Origin: the human T2T-CHM13v2.0 reference genome, Homo sapiens
NCBI RefSeq assembly: GCF_009914755.1
Contig: NC_060936.1
Reading direction: 5' to 3' (one strand)
Length of the DNA: 64,000 bases
Below, one piece after another: positions 48,435 to 63,003 of the stretch. The notes under the pieces were generated by a model. It made no database searches. It was given only the letters and a program-made list of their open reading frames with translations, and had not been told where the DNA came from. The translations under genes were made by a program, and so were the position numbers. Position 1 is the first letter of the stretch. Every line of letters begins with the position of its first letter.

Positions 48435-49108
48435 TAAAAAATGTTCGGCTTCTCACTGTCAGGCCAGTCCTCGGCAGATGCTGAAGCTGTGCTGTTGCAT
48501 GCCTGGGTGCCGGGCCTCCCATGCCTGAGATGCCTCTTACTCTGGCTGCCCCCTCCTGGTCAGAGCCACAGCCATTTACGCTGTTGCATGGATTTAAGTC
48601 ATCATTTCTTCCCCACCAATGGCTGTCATTGACATCATCATATTCTCTCTCTGTCTCTCTGGGAAATTGAAACTTTTTTCCCAATTAAGTGGTTATGAAG
48701 CTGCAGCCAGCAGCTAGCAGGTGAGGGATGAGTTTTTCGGGAAAGGTGGTCCCTTCCTAAAATCCCACCTTCTGGAGGTGTCTGTCCACTCTCTGCATCT
48801 TAGGAAGAGAAGGCAGAGACCATGATTAGAATCTATGTGTTTGGAGTTGGCTGGCTGTTGATGGTAGTCACATATTCCATACAGACTGAATTCTTGACTT
48901 GGTATATTTATTGCAGCCCTGTTTGTCTTTTGAGGCATTTTGGGAAGGAGGGAAGGGGTTGGGCTGTGTGGTTTTAGGTAGAAAGGGGTATCTGGGCTAT
49001 GAGGTTAAAGCCAGGCTGTCCTTAGGGAGCTTTTGCACAGCCAGGAGTGTCCTGGGGGCCCCCAGCCACCTGGCCCTCCAGCCTGGGCTTCTGCCCTTCT
49101 GTCCACAG

Positions 49109-49205
49109 CTCTGAAGGGAACGTGGCAGAGCGGATTCTTTGACCACGGCAGTTTCAAGGAAATCATGGCACCCTGGGCGCAGACCGTGGTGACAGGACGA
49201 GCAAG
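49109..49205 (+). CDS. ACACB: ACACB coding exon LKGTWQS...TGRA(R)
   Basis: cag|CT ... AG|gtaatc; 97 nt. Confidence 0.96.
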
Positions 49206-49923
49206 GTAATCATGAAGACGGGAGCAGGCTGCCCATGTCTGACTCACCAGGCATTGGGGCCCCGAGGTGTGAGGCCAGGGACCTCCAGGGGCAATTTTCT
49301 TCTTGGCCTCAGGATTTTCTAAAAGAAAAAACCAATTTGGGGAATGATTTCTGCAGTGTCTGTGTGTGCCCTTAGAAGGTATCTCAGCCAGCCTCCTCCT
49401 GAGGCCTGGGACCCTGTAGTCAGTCCCCAGGCCACAAGGGCTAACAACCCCTTTGGGCATCAGAAGGTGGCCTTGGGTGCTCTCCCCAGAAAACTTCACA
49501 GACACTGGCACTCTGAATTCCATCTTAGGAGAGCCATGGACAGGAGCCCTGTTGTATGCCACTGTTGGTGGGAGGCTGCAATGCTTGCATGCTTTCCAAG
49601 CTGGGCAGCTCACCCTTCAGCCTTGTAGCTTTCATCTCTTTGGACAGCTCCACCTGCCTGAAAGTTCCTCCTTATAATGAGCCCCGAGCTCCCTCCTCAT
49701 CATTTACCACTCATTCCTGGTACGATGTCGCAGCTATAAGTCCAGGCTCTGCATTAGACCTGAGGCCAAGCCCCATCTCCATCACTCACCCTCTCTGGTC
49801 CTTCACATCTGTAAAATAGGGATAATAATTCTACCCCAAAGGATTATTGTGATGATTAGATGCAATAACATGTGTGAAATATTTAAAATCGACATACTCC
49901 ATAAGTGGGAATGGCTGCTATCA

Positions 49924-50362
<439 letters not shown>

Positions 50363-50525
50363 TCATAGGGTAAACGAGAACCATGTAGTGATGCACAGTT
50401 CAGTAGCAAGTAACTGATGTCATGGCATCCCCTGAGCTGAGTCTCTGTCCAGTTCAATATCCCTCAGCCCTTTCCAAGTGCAACTTGATGTCTAGACCAG
50501 TGTAGTAGCTGCTGGCTACATGTGA

Positions 50526-50838
<313 letters not shown>

Positions 50839-51236
50839 TCCTTCAGTTTAAATTGAACTAAGTCAAAGTGACAGAGGATGACCTGTTCCATTCCTCACAC
50901 TTGCCACGTTCCACGTGCAGCCCACAGCTCCTGTATTGGACAGTGCAGATGGAGAACGTGGCCCTCGTCACAGAAAGTTCTAGTGGTTCATGCTGCTCCA
51001 GGCCCTATACCATCCCAGCCCTCCTCTGATGGTTCTTGCCTCAAAAAGGGCACCGATAGGTCTGCTACCTTTCGAGGCTCTTACCATTTGGGGGCTTTTT
51101 CTTTGCCTTCCAATAAAATAATCCGCCAGATTAAAAAGAGCATTCTCCTCCACGTGCCCTCACCCCCACACCCAGAGGTCCCCAAATGCACCTGGGGTGC
51201 TGCCCAGGGCCTGGCTCACTGGTGCTCATTTTCCAG

Positions 51237-51333
51237 GCTTGGGGGGATTCCCGTGGGAGTGATTGCTGTGGAGACACGGACTGTGGAGGTGGCAGTCCCT
51301 GCAGACCCTGCCAACCTGGATTCTGAGGCCAAG
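51237..51333 (+). CDS. ACACB: ACACB coding exon LGGIPVG...DSEAK
   Basis: cag|G CTT ... AAG|gtgagg; 97 nt. Confidence 0.96.
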
Positions 51334-51941
51334 GTGAGGGGGCCGGGAGCTGTGGCTGCTGGTTTAGCCAGCGGTACTGTCGAGAGTGGGTCCTGGGCGT
51401 GGGGGTCCCATCCCTGCCCTGCCAACTTAGGTGGAGAAGCAGGGGACCCAGTGCAGTCCCTGGCCCTGGGGGGCTCAGTGCCTGTTTCTCTGACACTTTC
51501 TCTATGGGTTGCATAAATGGCTGCACCATCTTGCTTCTTCCTCAGCAGATGATAAAGGTCCCTAGAAACCCCTCCCACCTCCTGCCCTGCCTCTGTTGCT
51601 GTTTCTGCGCTAGGCCAGGGCACAGACTGAGAAGAGCTCAGGAGTCAAGAGGGCTGGGTTCCAGGGCCGGCTTTACCCCAACTCAGTGTGACCTTGACGA
51701 GCTTGGCACCCCTCGGAGCCTGTAAAGGAGGGCAACGGGAACCTTGCTGGGCTGCAATGGGAGGGTCAGCCTGGTCCTGAGCGGAGGAGATGGGGCTTCC
51801 ATCCTTCTGAGCCCTGGCTCTGGTGCTGGGGCCAGCACAGATCAGATCGCCTGCCATCCAGAGCGAGGTTCTGGCAGCCGTCCCTCTGTCCTGGGTTGTG
51901 GTTGTGCAGAGACATCTGATCCCCGCAGCTCTGTGTTCCAG

Positions 51942-52077
51942 ATAATTCAGCAGGCAGGACAGGTGTGGTTCCCAGACTCAGCCTACAAAACCGCCCAGGC
52001 CATCAAGGACTTCAACCGGGAGAAGTTGCCCCTGATGATCTTTGCCAACTGGAGGGGGTTCTCCGGTGGCATGAAAG
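51942..52077 (+). CDS. ACACB: ACACB coding exon IIQQAGQVW...[10 protein letters not shown](D)
   Basis: cag|ATA ... G|gtaagc; 136 nt. Confidence 0.96.
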
Positions 52078-52259
52078 GTAAGCCCCTCCCTGCCTATGTT
52101 ACCCCAAAGCCTTGGGGTCAGCACCCAGGACAGCACCCTCTGGGTGGTGATGCTAATGTCCTAGTCTGTGCCCATCATCATCTTAGCTGTGTCTCCCAAC
52201 AACCCTGAGGAGAAAATATTGTTCAGGTGCCCCACTACCCCGTTTTAAAGATGAGGAAC

Positions 52260-52594
<335 letters not shown>

Positions 52595-53449
52595 TCACTT
52601 TCTAGAGGTCACACCATGAGGTGCAGGTCAGGGAGGGGCAGCCCCAGGAGCTGCCGGGTGACCTGGGCAGGCACCTCCCCATTTGGCAAGGTGAGGAGGA
52701 TGTTTGTCCACCCTTCCCTCTGCAGAAAGCTGCTCTGAGCCTCATGTGACCTTACAATTGTGTGAGGGCTTTTTAAGCCACCAAGCATGTTTTGGGAGAG
52801 AGTGGCTGTTGGATCACTGGGGTGTTGAGGACAGAGCTGGATGGGAGGCAGACAGACCTGCTGTGAGTCCTTGTTAACTGGGTGACATCACTGAGCCTCA
52901 GTTTCCCTCCTTTGTAAAAGGGGGTTAAGAACAGGACCAACCTCAGAGGGCCGAGGTAAGGGTCTGATGAGCTAATTGCTGACATGCAGTGTGATTGTCA
53001 GTGCTGTTATTATTGCATTCTTGTTTTCATGTAGGGTGCCTGGGGACCTGGAGAGATGTGTCTTGGTGGAAGATAAGGGCCATGTTGCCCATGCACATTG
53101 GGGAAGGATCAGTGTGACTGTTAGTGAGGGTTTTCTTTGCTGGAAATGGTGGGGCAGGGCAGGGACAGTCATGGGTGAGGGCATTTCAATTCCAGTTGGA
53201 AAGAATCCTAGAGATTGGTTTTTCCCTGTGCCTTCACAGATGAGGCCACTGAGGCCCACACTGGGTGAATGACCTGTTCGAGGTCACACAGCCACTTAGA
53301 GAGTGATCAGTACTCTCAAATCCCAGCCCAGTGCTCTCCAAGCCTCTCAGCTGGGCTCACTCTCCCAGGACCCCCAGGACAACTAGGGCAGTGGGTTTCA
53401 TGTGTGGATGAGTGAGGGCCCTGAACTGGGAGGCTGCTTTGCTTTTCAG

Positions 53450-53627
53450 ACATGTATGACCAGGTGCTGAAGTTTGGAGCCTACATCGTGGACGGCCTTA
53501 GACAATACAAACAGCCCATCCTGATCTATATCCCGCCCTATGCGGAGCTCCGGGGAGGCTCCTGGGTGGTCATAGATGCCACCATCAACCCGCTGTGCAT
53601 AGAAATGTATGCAGACAAAGAGAGCAG
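53450..53627 (+). CDS. ACACB: ACACB coding exon MYDQVLK...DKES(R)
   Basis: cag|AC ... AG|gtgggt; 178 nt. Confidence 0.96.
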
Positions 53628-54401
53628 GTGGGTGTGTTGCCCTTAGCCTGGCTTAGCCTTTTCTTGTTCTCCCAGCCTTGAGAGCCCATGACCTTGGGAG
53701 ATCATGGAGGGATGCAGTGGCTGGAACCTGAAAGTGGTGGAGAAATGTTGTCTCTTCTTTCATGGTTTCCACTTCCCCTTCCCAAGGAAGTTTGCAATCA
53801 AAAAATAAAAAGGAAAGACCAAAAGCACTTGAACTTCCTGGCAGCCAGGATGAAAAGGGAAATATGATGAGCCATTTATCTCTCATTAGACTCTGAGCTA
53901 TGAGTTCCTATAGGAAATGTTTTATTCAGTTTTATATCCCAGGGTCTAGCACAGTGCCTTACTCTCCTGGTAGGTGGTCAGAAAATACTGGCTAAACAAA
54001 TGACTGAATGAATACTTGCATGAGAGGATACCGGTTCTTCGCGGGAGAGGTAACCTCCTTGGCACTTTCCTTAGGAGGAATTTATTCCAGAGATTCTTAC
54101 AGAAAGGATGATGACAATAATGTTCACAGCACAGTGACTGATGACTTTGAAGTGAAAACTACATGCTACACAGGATGTCAAGGCCTCAAGAGTCATTCTA
54201 CTCCAAATATAGGCACGGCATTCCTGTGTTCACTCCCTCATTCATTTGCTAATTCAATGAATATCCATTGATTACCTCACTGTATGCCAGCCATTCTGGT
54301 AGACATTATGATATGGTGGCAAATGGGCCAAGCTTGTCCTGCATTCAGGGCACTTAGACCCTTGTTAGGGACTGCTGAGGTCAGTCCTCCAGGAAGACTC
54401 A

Positions 54402-54914
<513 letters not shown>

Positions 54915-55326
54915 CTACACTGGGCTCTCAAGGTGCTTTTGTGAGATTTAAAGCGATCAGAAACAGTGCCCCTCCTCTAGGAGGGCAGAAATTAGCAAAG
55001 TTAGAGAGGACTGTGGCTGGAGAGCAGGAGGGTTATGCTGCCATGGAAAAAGTCGTACACTCTTAGACCTGAAAGGGGCCCTCCAGAGTTCAGAAAGCAT
55101 TATTTTAAACAGTTGGCTCAGTCTTTCCATCTGTGGGTAAAGATACAGAGGCCCAGAGAGGGAAAGTGACTTGTCTAAGGGCACACAGCATGTGTGGGGG
55201 TAAAAGAGCTGAGGACTGACACCCAGATCTTCTGGCTCTCTTCCCTCCAGCTCCCCCCACATCCATTAGCCCTTGCTTGCTGGGCAATGCCTCATATACC
55301 CCCATCCCTGCCTCTTCTCTTTTAAG

Positions 55327-55439
55327 GGGTGGTGTTCTGGAACCAGAGGGGACAGTGGAGATTAAGTTCCGAAAGAAAGATCTGATAAAGTCCATGAGAA
55401 GGATCGATCCAGCTTACAAGAAGCTCATGGAACAGCTAG
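55327..55439 (+). CDS. ACACB: ACACB coding exon GGVLEPE...LMEQL(G)
   Basis: aag|G GGT ... G|gtaagg; 113 nt. Confidence 0.96.
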
Positions 55440-55589
55440 GTAAGGGGGTCCCAAAGGCTTCACCTCTCAGAGGTCAAGAGAGGCCCAGCTGGCCCACTGC
55501 TGGGGGTTTCTAGGATGTTAAAAATAAAATGAAAAAATACCAAAATACAGCTATAATAACTGTGAGATTTTTAAAGATATTCACATTTG

Positions 55590-55885
55590 TCTGTTTGTTT
55601 TGTTTTGTTTTTTTGAGGTCTGGCTCTATTGCCTAGGCTGGAGTGCAGGGTGCAATCTCAGCTCACTGCAACCTCTGCCTCCCAGGCATAAGCCATCCTC
55701 CCATCTCAGCCTGAGTAGCTGGGACTACAAGTACGCAACACCATGCCTAGCTAATTTTTGTATTTTTGTAGATGTGGGGTTTCGCCATGTTGCCCAGGCT
55801 GTTCTCAAACTCCTGGGCTCAAGCAATCCACCTACCTCAGCCTCCCAAAATGCTGGGGTTACAGGCATGAGCTACCATGATTGGA
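55590..55885 (-). mobile_element. Alu (J-like)
   Basis: attcacattt flanks. Confidence 0.88.
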
Positions 55886-55916
55886 GGACATTCACATTTC
55901 TAAATCAACCTTTTTA

Positions 55917-55922
<6 letters not shown>

Positions 55923-55965
<43 letters not shown>
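55923..55965. repeat. Pure (TA)~21 microsatellite
   Basis: Uninterrupted TA run. Confidence 0.95.
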
Positions 55966-55967
<2 letters not shown>

Positions 55968-56099
55968 CCATCGTGAATTTATTTCTCAGCATACACAAAA
56001 GATAGCAATTGAAGTATTTGGGGCTGATGGGGATTATCAGAATTTTGGTGGCAAAATGTTCCTTTAGAATTCCCAATCAGAGATAAGATATTTTACTAA

Positions 56100-56458
<359 letters not shown>

Positions 56459-57212
56459 ACAAGATGATATTTAAATATCCATTTTAAGTGTCAGTGTCTT
56501 TATAACTGTGCTATTCACAAGATTTTTTACAGTGTGTGCGTGTAATTTCTTTGGCTGGTATCAGGGTAATGCTGATCTCATAGAATGAGTTGAAGTGTTC
56601 GCTCCTATTTTCTGAGTTTTTGCAGAATTGGCATTATTTCTTTATGTTTTTGATAGAGGTTTTTACCTATAAATTCAACTTCTTTGTTATATATAGGACT
56701 ATTTGTGTTATCTGTTTCCTCCTAGGTGAGCTTTGGTGGTTTGTGTGTTTCAAGGAATTTGTCTATTTCATCTTAAGTTGTCAATTTGGCATAGAGTTGC
56801 TTATAATATTCCCTTATCATATTTTACAATGTGTACTAAAAATCATTGATATAGTATCCTACAAGCACGATGGGTCTGATGGAAGGGGAAAATGTAGAGT
56901 TGCATGTTGAATGCTGTCTTGCAATTGTGAGTGCATTTCTGAGACTGTACTAGCTATTTGATCTGAGACAAAGGGGGCCATCAAGATGGGCCTGGGGTGG
57001 GGGCCAGGCCAGTGGACTCTGGGGGACCTAGGGGGCTGAGGGCAGCCTGTGTAGCAGCAGGGGTAATATCAGAGTTAAAGCTCAGACCTCTCACAAGGCA
57101 AGGCCTGTCCTGCAAATCCTGATTTGTGCCTTCTTCAAAAAAAAAAAAAATCTCCACCCCATCACATATGACCAGCTTCCATGGCTTGACTGGCCTTTCT
57201 GCTCACCTGCAG

Positions 57213-57367
57213 GGGAACCTGATCTCTCCGACAAGGACCGAAAGGACCTGGAGGGCCGGCTAAAGGCTCGCGAGGACCTGCTGCTCCCCATCTACCACCA
57301 GGTGGCGGTGCAGTTCGCCGACTTCCATGACACACCCGGCCGGATGCTGGAGAAGGGCGTCATATCT
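57213..57367 (+). CDS. ACACB: ACACB coding exon EPDLSDK...KGVIS
   Basis: cag|GG ... TCT|gtgaga; 155 nt. Confidence 0.95.
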
Positions 57368-58090
57368 GTGAGAGCCACAGCTGCCGTGTAGGGTGCAAAG
57401 AGCCCACCCTGTTTTCCAAAACATGGAGGACATTTGGGCTCGGGGGCGGGGAGGGCGGTGGTGGTTGGGATGGGTCAAATGCTGCAGGAGGTGGGAGTCA
57501 CCTGGGAACTTTAAAATAATCCCGATCCCCAGGTGGCACTGCAGACCAGTGAAATCCAAACACCTGGATGGAAGCCAGGCGGTCGTATTTTTTAAAGATC
57601 CCCAAGAGATTCTAATAAGCAGCAAAGTTCAGGGACCACTAGTCTGATGGCTCGGTCAGTTTGGACCTGGACCAGGGGTAGAAACCGTTGTTCCTGTCCA
57701 GCATTCACCCACCCCTCACCATTGCAAGGACTCCCACAGTCACCTCCTACCCATGTCCAGTGCTCATTGGTTCTCTTGCTGCATTGTTCTCCCTCCCAGC
57801 TGACTCATGCCTCACACGAGCCTGTGTTTGTGTCGGTTGAGGTAGAAGTGGGTGCCAGGTTTTTATGGGGGACATTTTTTCAACTATGGCCAGTCTGGAG
57901 TCCTGGTGACGTCCTGCCTCTGAGCAGGTGCCTTCTCCTCCCTGAGCCTCAGCTTACTTGCCTGGGATGATCTGGGAATGATCTCAGAGCCTGGGCCCAG
58001 CCCCGGGCAGCCACTGTCATGGGTGTGGTCAGAGCCAGTGTCCCGTCTCCTCCTTCCCTTTCCGGGGATTCAAGCCTGGCTCGTCCACAG

Positions 58091-58261
58091 GACATCCTGG
58101 AGTGGAAGACCGCACGCACCTTCCTGTATTGGCGTCTGCGCCGCCTCCTCCTGGAGGACCAGGTCAAGCAGGAGATCCTGCAGGCCAGCGGGGAGCTGAG
58201 TCACGTGCATATCCAGTCCATGCTGCGTCGCTGGTTCGTGGAGACGGAGGGGGCTGTCAAG
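58091..58261 (+). CDS. ACACB: ACACB coding exon DILEWKT...EGAVK
   Basis: cag|GAC ... AAG|gtgggc; 171 nt. Confidence 0.96.
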
Positions 58262-58369
58262 GTGGGCCTGGGGTGAGAACGAGGCCGGTGAGCACAGGGG
58301 GTGCTGGGGGCTGAGACAGCTGGCCCACAGCTGGGTCCCTCTCTGAGGCATCCTCTGCCCCCTCCCCAG

Positions 58370-58506
58370 GCCTACTTGTGGGACAACAACCAGGTGGTTG
58401 TGCAGTGGCTGGAACAGCACTGGCAGGCAGGGGATGGCCCGCGCTCCACCATCCGTGAGAACATCACGTACCTGAAGCACGACTCTGTCCTCAAGACCAT
58501 CCGAGG
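58370..58506 (+). CDS. ACACB: ACACB coding exon AYLWDNN...KTIR(G)
   Basis: cag|GCC ... GG|gtgagt; 137 nt. Confidence 0.96.
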
Positions 58507-59216
58507 GTGAGTGGCCACCGCACCTGCTTCCCAGCCTCCTGGCAAGGACCCGAGCCTGGATTGACCCCTAGCTACCCGACTCCTATGCAGCCACTTGAAC
58601 CCGCCACCCTGTGCAGTCTGGGGTTGTCCCCGCCCCCTCCCCGCTCCCCAGCAAAGAGACCACACTCCCTAATGTCGGGTCTCCCAGCACAGTGGCTGGG
58701 GTGGGACAGAGAGCCTAGAGGTACTCTGAAGGCCGTGTGAGATGCTTCCAACTCATGAACCTTGCTGGAATATGGACTTGTCCAAAGTCACAGCTGGAGC
58801 AGGGTTGGTCACAGAACCCACATTTGGAACCGCTAGCCTTCAGGCTGCTGTCTTCCACGCCAGTGTTGACCTTTCCAGAGGGTCCCCTCCCCCAATTGCC
58901 ATGGGGTCACCCCGTGAAGGAGGGAGTCGAGCACAGGGGACCCCATTTTGGGGATGAAGCTGAGACTCAAGGCAGTGTCTTGTCTCAGGTCATGTCACAA
59001 AGCAGTGACCAGTAGGGACGGTGGTGCCTCAAGGCATTCTGAACTTCAGGTCACAGCCCCTCCTGCTGCACAGGACCATCACCCCCATGGGGACCACAGC
59101 AGGGACTCGGGAGCTCTGGGTTCTGGGGTGTGGCCCCACACAAGGACTCTGCCACCCTTGGGGCCACTGAAAAAGTGGCTGGAGTGATCCCAGCCCTCCT
59201 CTCACCTCCCCCACAG

Positions 59217-59343
59217 CCTGGTTGAAGAAAACCCCGAGGTGGCCGTGGACTGTGTGATATACCTGAGCCAGCACATCAGCCCAGCTGAGCGGGCGCAGGT
59301 CGTTCACCTGCTGTCTACCATGGACAGCCCGGCCTCCACCTGA
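59217..59343 (+). CDS. ACACB: ACACB last coding segment LVEENPE...DSPAST*
   Basis: cag|C CTG ... ACC TGA; stop at 59341-59343. Confidence 0.97.
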
Positions 59344-59498
59344 CCGTGGCCCGCCCAGCCACTCCCGGGACCACGGCAAAAGGAACCACCCAGACCCACC
59401 ACCCGTACACCCTCAGCAGACCCTGAAGACTTGCTTTTAAACAAAGAAAATCCTGGGCACTTCTGCAGGGCTGCTGGTTCCGAGCTGACACCCGTCTT

Positions 59499-59504
59499 AA
59501 TAAA
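59499..59504 (+). terminator. Proximal poly(A) signal candidate AATAAA
   Basis: cttAATAAAagg, with a T/GT-rich tract at ~59559-59578. Confidence 0.4.
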
Positions 59505-59770
59505 AGGCCCAGGAGTGCCTCTTCCAAACAAAAACAGCCTCCTCTCCATAGCTGGGAAGTTTATTTTGTTTTGTCTCTGAAGACAGCAGTTTTATTGCAT
59601 CACTAAATCTAATCAAGCTAAAACATCCCTGTTTCCTTTTGCAAAACAGTGCCTGGCATGTGGGATCCAGGCGTTCTTTAGGATCCTTGGATACCACATC
59701 GTGAAATCTTTTATTTTTTTACTCTGAGACCAGCACCAGATGTAAGTAAGCATCTCATATATTTCAGCCA

Positions 59771-59776
59771 AATAAA
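59771..59776 (+). terminator. Intermediate poly(A) signal candidate AATAAA
   Basis: ccaAATAAAtgg just upstream of the UTR Alu. Confidence 0.45.
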
Positions 59777-59886
59777 TGGGCCAAGGGAAAAAAATATATA
59801 TATATAGACAGGACTAGAGAAAACCTATTTTTGTAATGATGTTTCTTTGGATACTGTCTAGTCACCCAGAAAAATGTATGGATGAA

Positions 59887-60226
<340 letters not shown>

Positions 60227-61185
60227 TAGGAGGGTCCCACTGATAGGCCATGTTTAGCACTGGTTGCCAGGGATTCTCTTTTTGAGAGAGGGAAAGCAAA
60301 ATGAATGGAAGTACCCAGCTGGAGGTTTCAGGGCTTCTGGAGGATGCTCTCGCATAGCTCGAGGTCCTCTGCCCACCTCTTCTCTCCAAGGAAAATGAGG
60401 ACTGCCCCTTCCCCCTGCAGGATTGGCCCCCAGCCTGCGCATGCACCCTCCTCTTGCCCAAGTGGGGAGCACAGAGGCGGAGAGGAATCCCTTACCACAC
60501 CCACGGCCCAGCTTGCTCACGAGTGTCACCTCTGTGACGGTCACCACTGCTCCCTTGGAGGGCCACTTGAGTTACTGTTGCTTCCTCGCCTGCTGGCTTG
60601 ATGAGCACCGATGGTGGGATCTGACCCCGAGGGGCAGAGCTGTCGGTGACTGAGGACTGGACTGTGGTGACCATGCCGATTTGCTCAGGGAGAACGTTGC
60701 AATGCACCCAGCAGCTCCTGGCTCTGCAGGCGGCACAGCCTGGGGCCCTGTGATCCTCTGGTTTCTTCCATTGGGGCGGAGTCGGGGGTGGAGGGAGCTG
60801 GCCACAACCCACTGCTCTGATGGGTGGTTTGTCCAAGGATGCTGAATGTAATGCCTGGTCAATGTGGAAGCCCATGAGGTTGCCCAGGGAAGCCTCCAAA
60901 AGCTGGGATGCTTGAGGGTATCCAAGTTGAAAAAGACAAAATCTGACCATCAGCCAGTGACAGTCCTGGCAAATGAAGGTGGGGCGGGGCAGTGAGGGGT
61001 GGGAGAAGGTGAATGATTCATTATTCCACCCCGAGGTTTGCTGGGGTGAGGGGAAGAATCGATGCTGCTTTGGGAACTGAAGGTTTTTCTGTTGGGAAGG
61101 CCCTCTTGGTTTTGGAGAGAAAGACAAGTTATGAGTAGCTGCTACCCTGGAACGGTGGGCAGAGAGCCTACTAGGAAATGTGCAG

Positions 61186-61191
61186 AATAAA
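61186..61191 (+). terminator. Distal poly(A) signal AATAAA
   Basis: cagAATAAActatttttt followed by T-rich downstream sequence. Confidence 0.75.
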
Positions 61192-61849
61192 CTATTTTTT
61201 GAAGGAAACACTTTGGCCTTGACTTTATTATCTGGATTGGAGAAGGCAGGTTGCCTCCAGGAGCAAAGGTAGGCGTTCACCTTTGCACCCTCCATTCCTG
61301 ACACCACAGCTGAGACCTTGAGTGAGTTCCCATCACAGGGGCAGACGGGGATGCAGTGAAGGAAGCTGAAGGCTAGACTGAAATGGACAAAGTCATCCCT
61401 TTTTGAAAGCACTGGGGAAAAATGTTTTAGAAAATTATATGCAAGCCTAGTCTATACCACAGGCAAAAAGGGAGCTTCTCTGGAAGAAGGGGTTGGGGGT
61501 TGGCCCAGGCACTTCACGTGCGAGTTCCATTCCTTTCCACCACCTTGATCCACCCCTGTTGTGCAGATGAGGAAGCTGAGGCACAGAGAGGTGAAGGCAT
61601 TTGTCCATGGTTATGCAGAGACGGAATCAAGTCTGCTTGGCTCCAGAACCCAGCCCTTTCCTTTTATGACCTAGGTCCTTGGTGGGCAGGCTTAAGCCAC
61701 ACTTAGGAGTTGGTTTTACATGGACCCAAACTGCAGAAGAACCCCCTACCCGCCCCCCACCGTGGCTTCTCAGCACACAGTGACTATTCAATTTTGTCTC
61801 CAAAACACGTAACAACAACTGTTACCTTGATTCTGCCTGACACCTTTTC

Positions 61850-62170
61850 CAGGCAATTCCCCCTCACCAGGGATGGGCCAATCAGAGTTCTCCATTCCCC
61901 CTGACAGTGACTGACGCAGGTATGGGCGTGTATCCCCAGTAGAGCCGATCAGAATTCTTTAGGGATGGCTGACAGTGCTGATGTGGAGAGAACCTACCAA
62001 TGCAGGGGGAAGCCAAGCCCAGAGATAGAGGGGGAGATCCAGTCCTGTTGGTGGTACTTGGATGCCTGGATCAAGCCATGCCTGAAGTCAGTAGCCCAGT
62101 CCCAGGAACCTATCCATGGTTTTTGTTTGTTTGTTTTAATGTTTGCACTAGTTTGAGTTGGAGCTCTATC
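61850..62170. mobile_element. Old ERVL/MaLR LTR fragment (MLT1J/LTR16-like)
   Basis: ccaatcagagttctcc...cctggatcaagccatgcctgaag...agtttgagttgg. Confidence 0.5.
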
Positions 62171-62655
62171 CTTAGCCCTGGAGATGGCCCAGTTAGCCCA
62201 GAAGACAGCAGTTAATTTCCACCCACAGCAGCACCTAATGGTGGTCTGTATCAGCAGACCCTCCAGGCAGGGAGGCGAGGACCTGAGAACAAGCTGAAAT
62301 GCAGCCCTCTGGGATGGGGAGGAGGAAGCTCTGATTTGGTTTTGCATCCTGAAGACTACAGGTCAATTGTTTGTTTTCATCCGGATTTGAAACCCGGACA
62401 CAAGTTGCTATCTGCTGCTAAGGATGCTGGAGTTTACTCTGTGGACATCAGCTGAAAGTGCTTTCTCTGACAAGGCTAACTTTTCTCCCTTGAAGGACTT
62501 AGTGTAGCCAGTCACAAGGGGAAGGGAGAAAGGATCAGACAACTGAGTGTGGACAGAGGTCTTGTTGGGCAGGTTGGGTGCTAACTGAACACTCCCTACG
62601 ATGGCCACTGGTCACGTGCCAGGTTCTGGCCTCTTTCCACACAATCCTCATGTGA

Positions 62656-63003
<348 letters not shown>

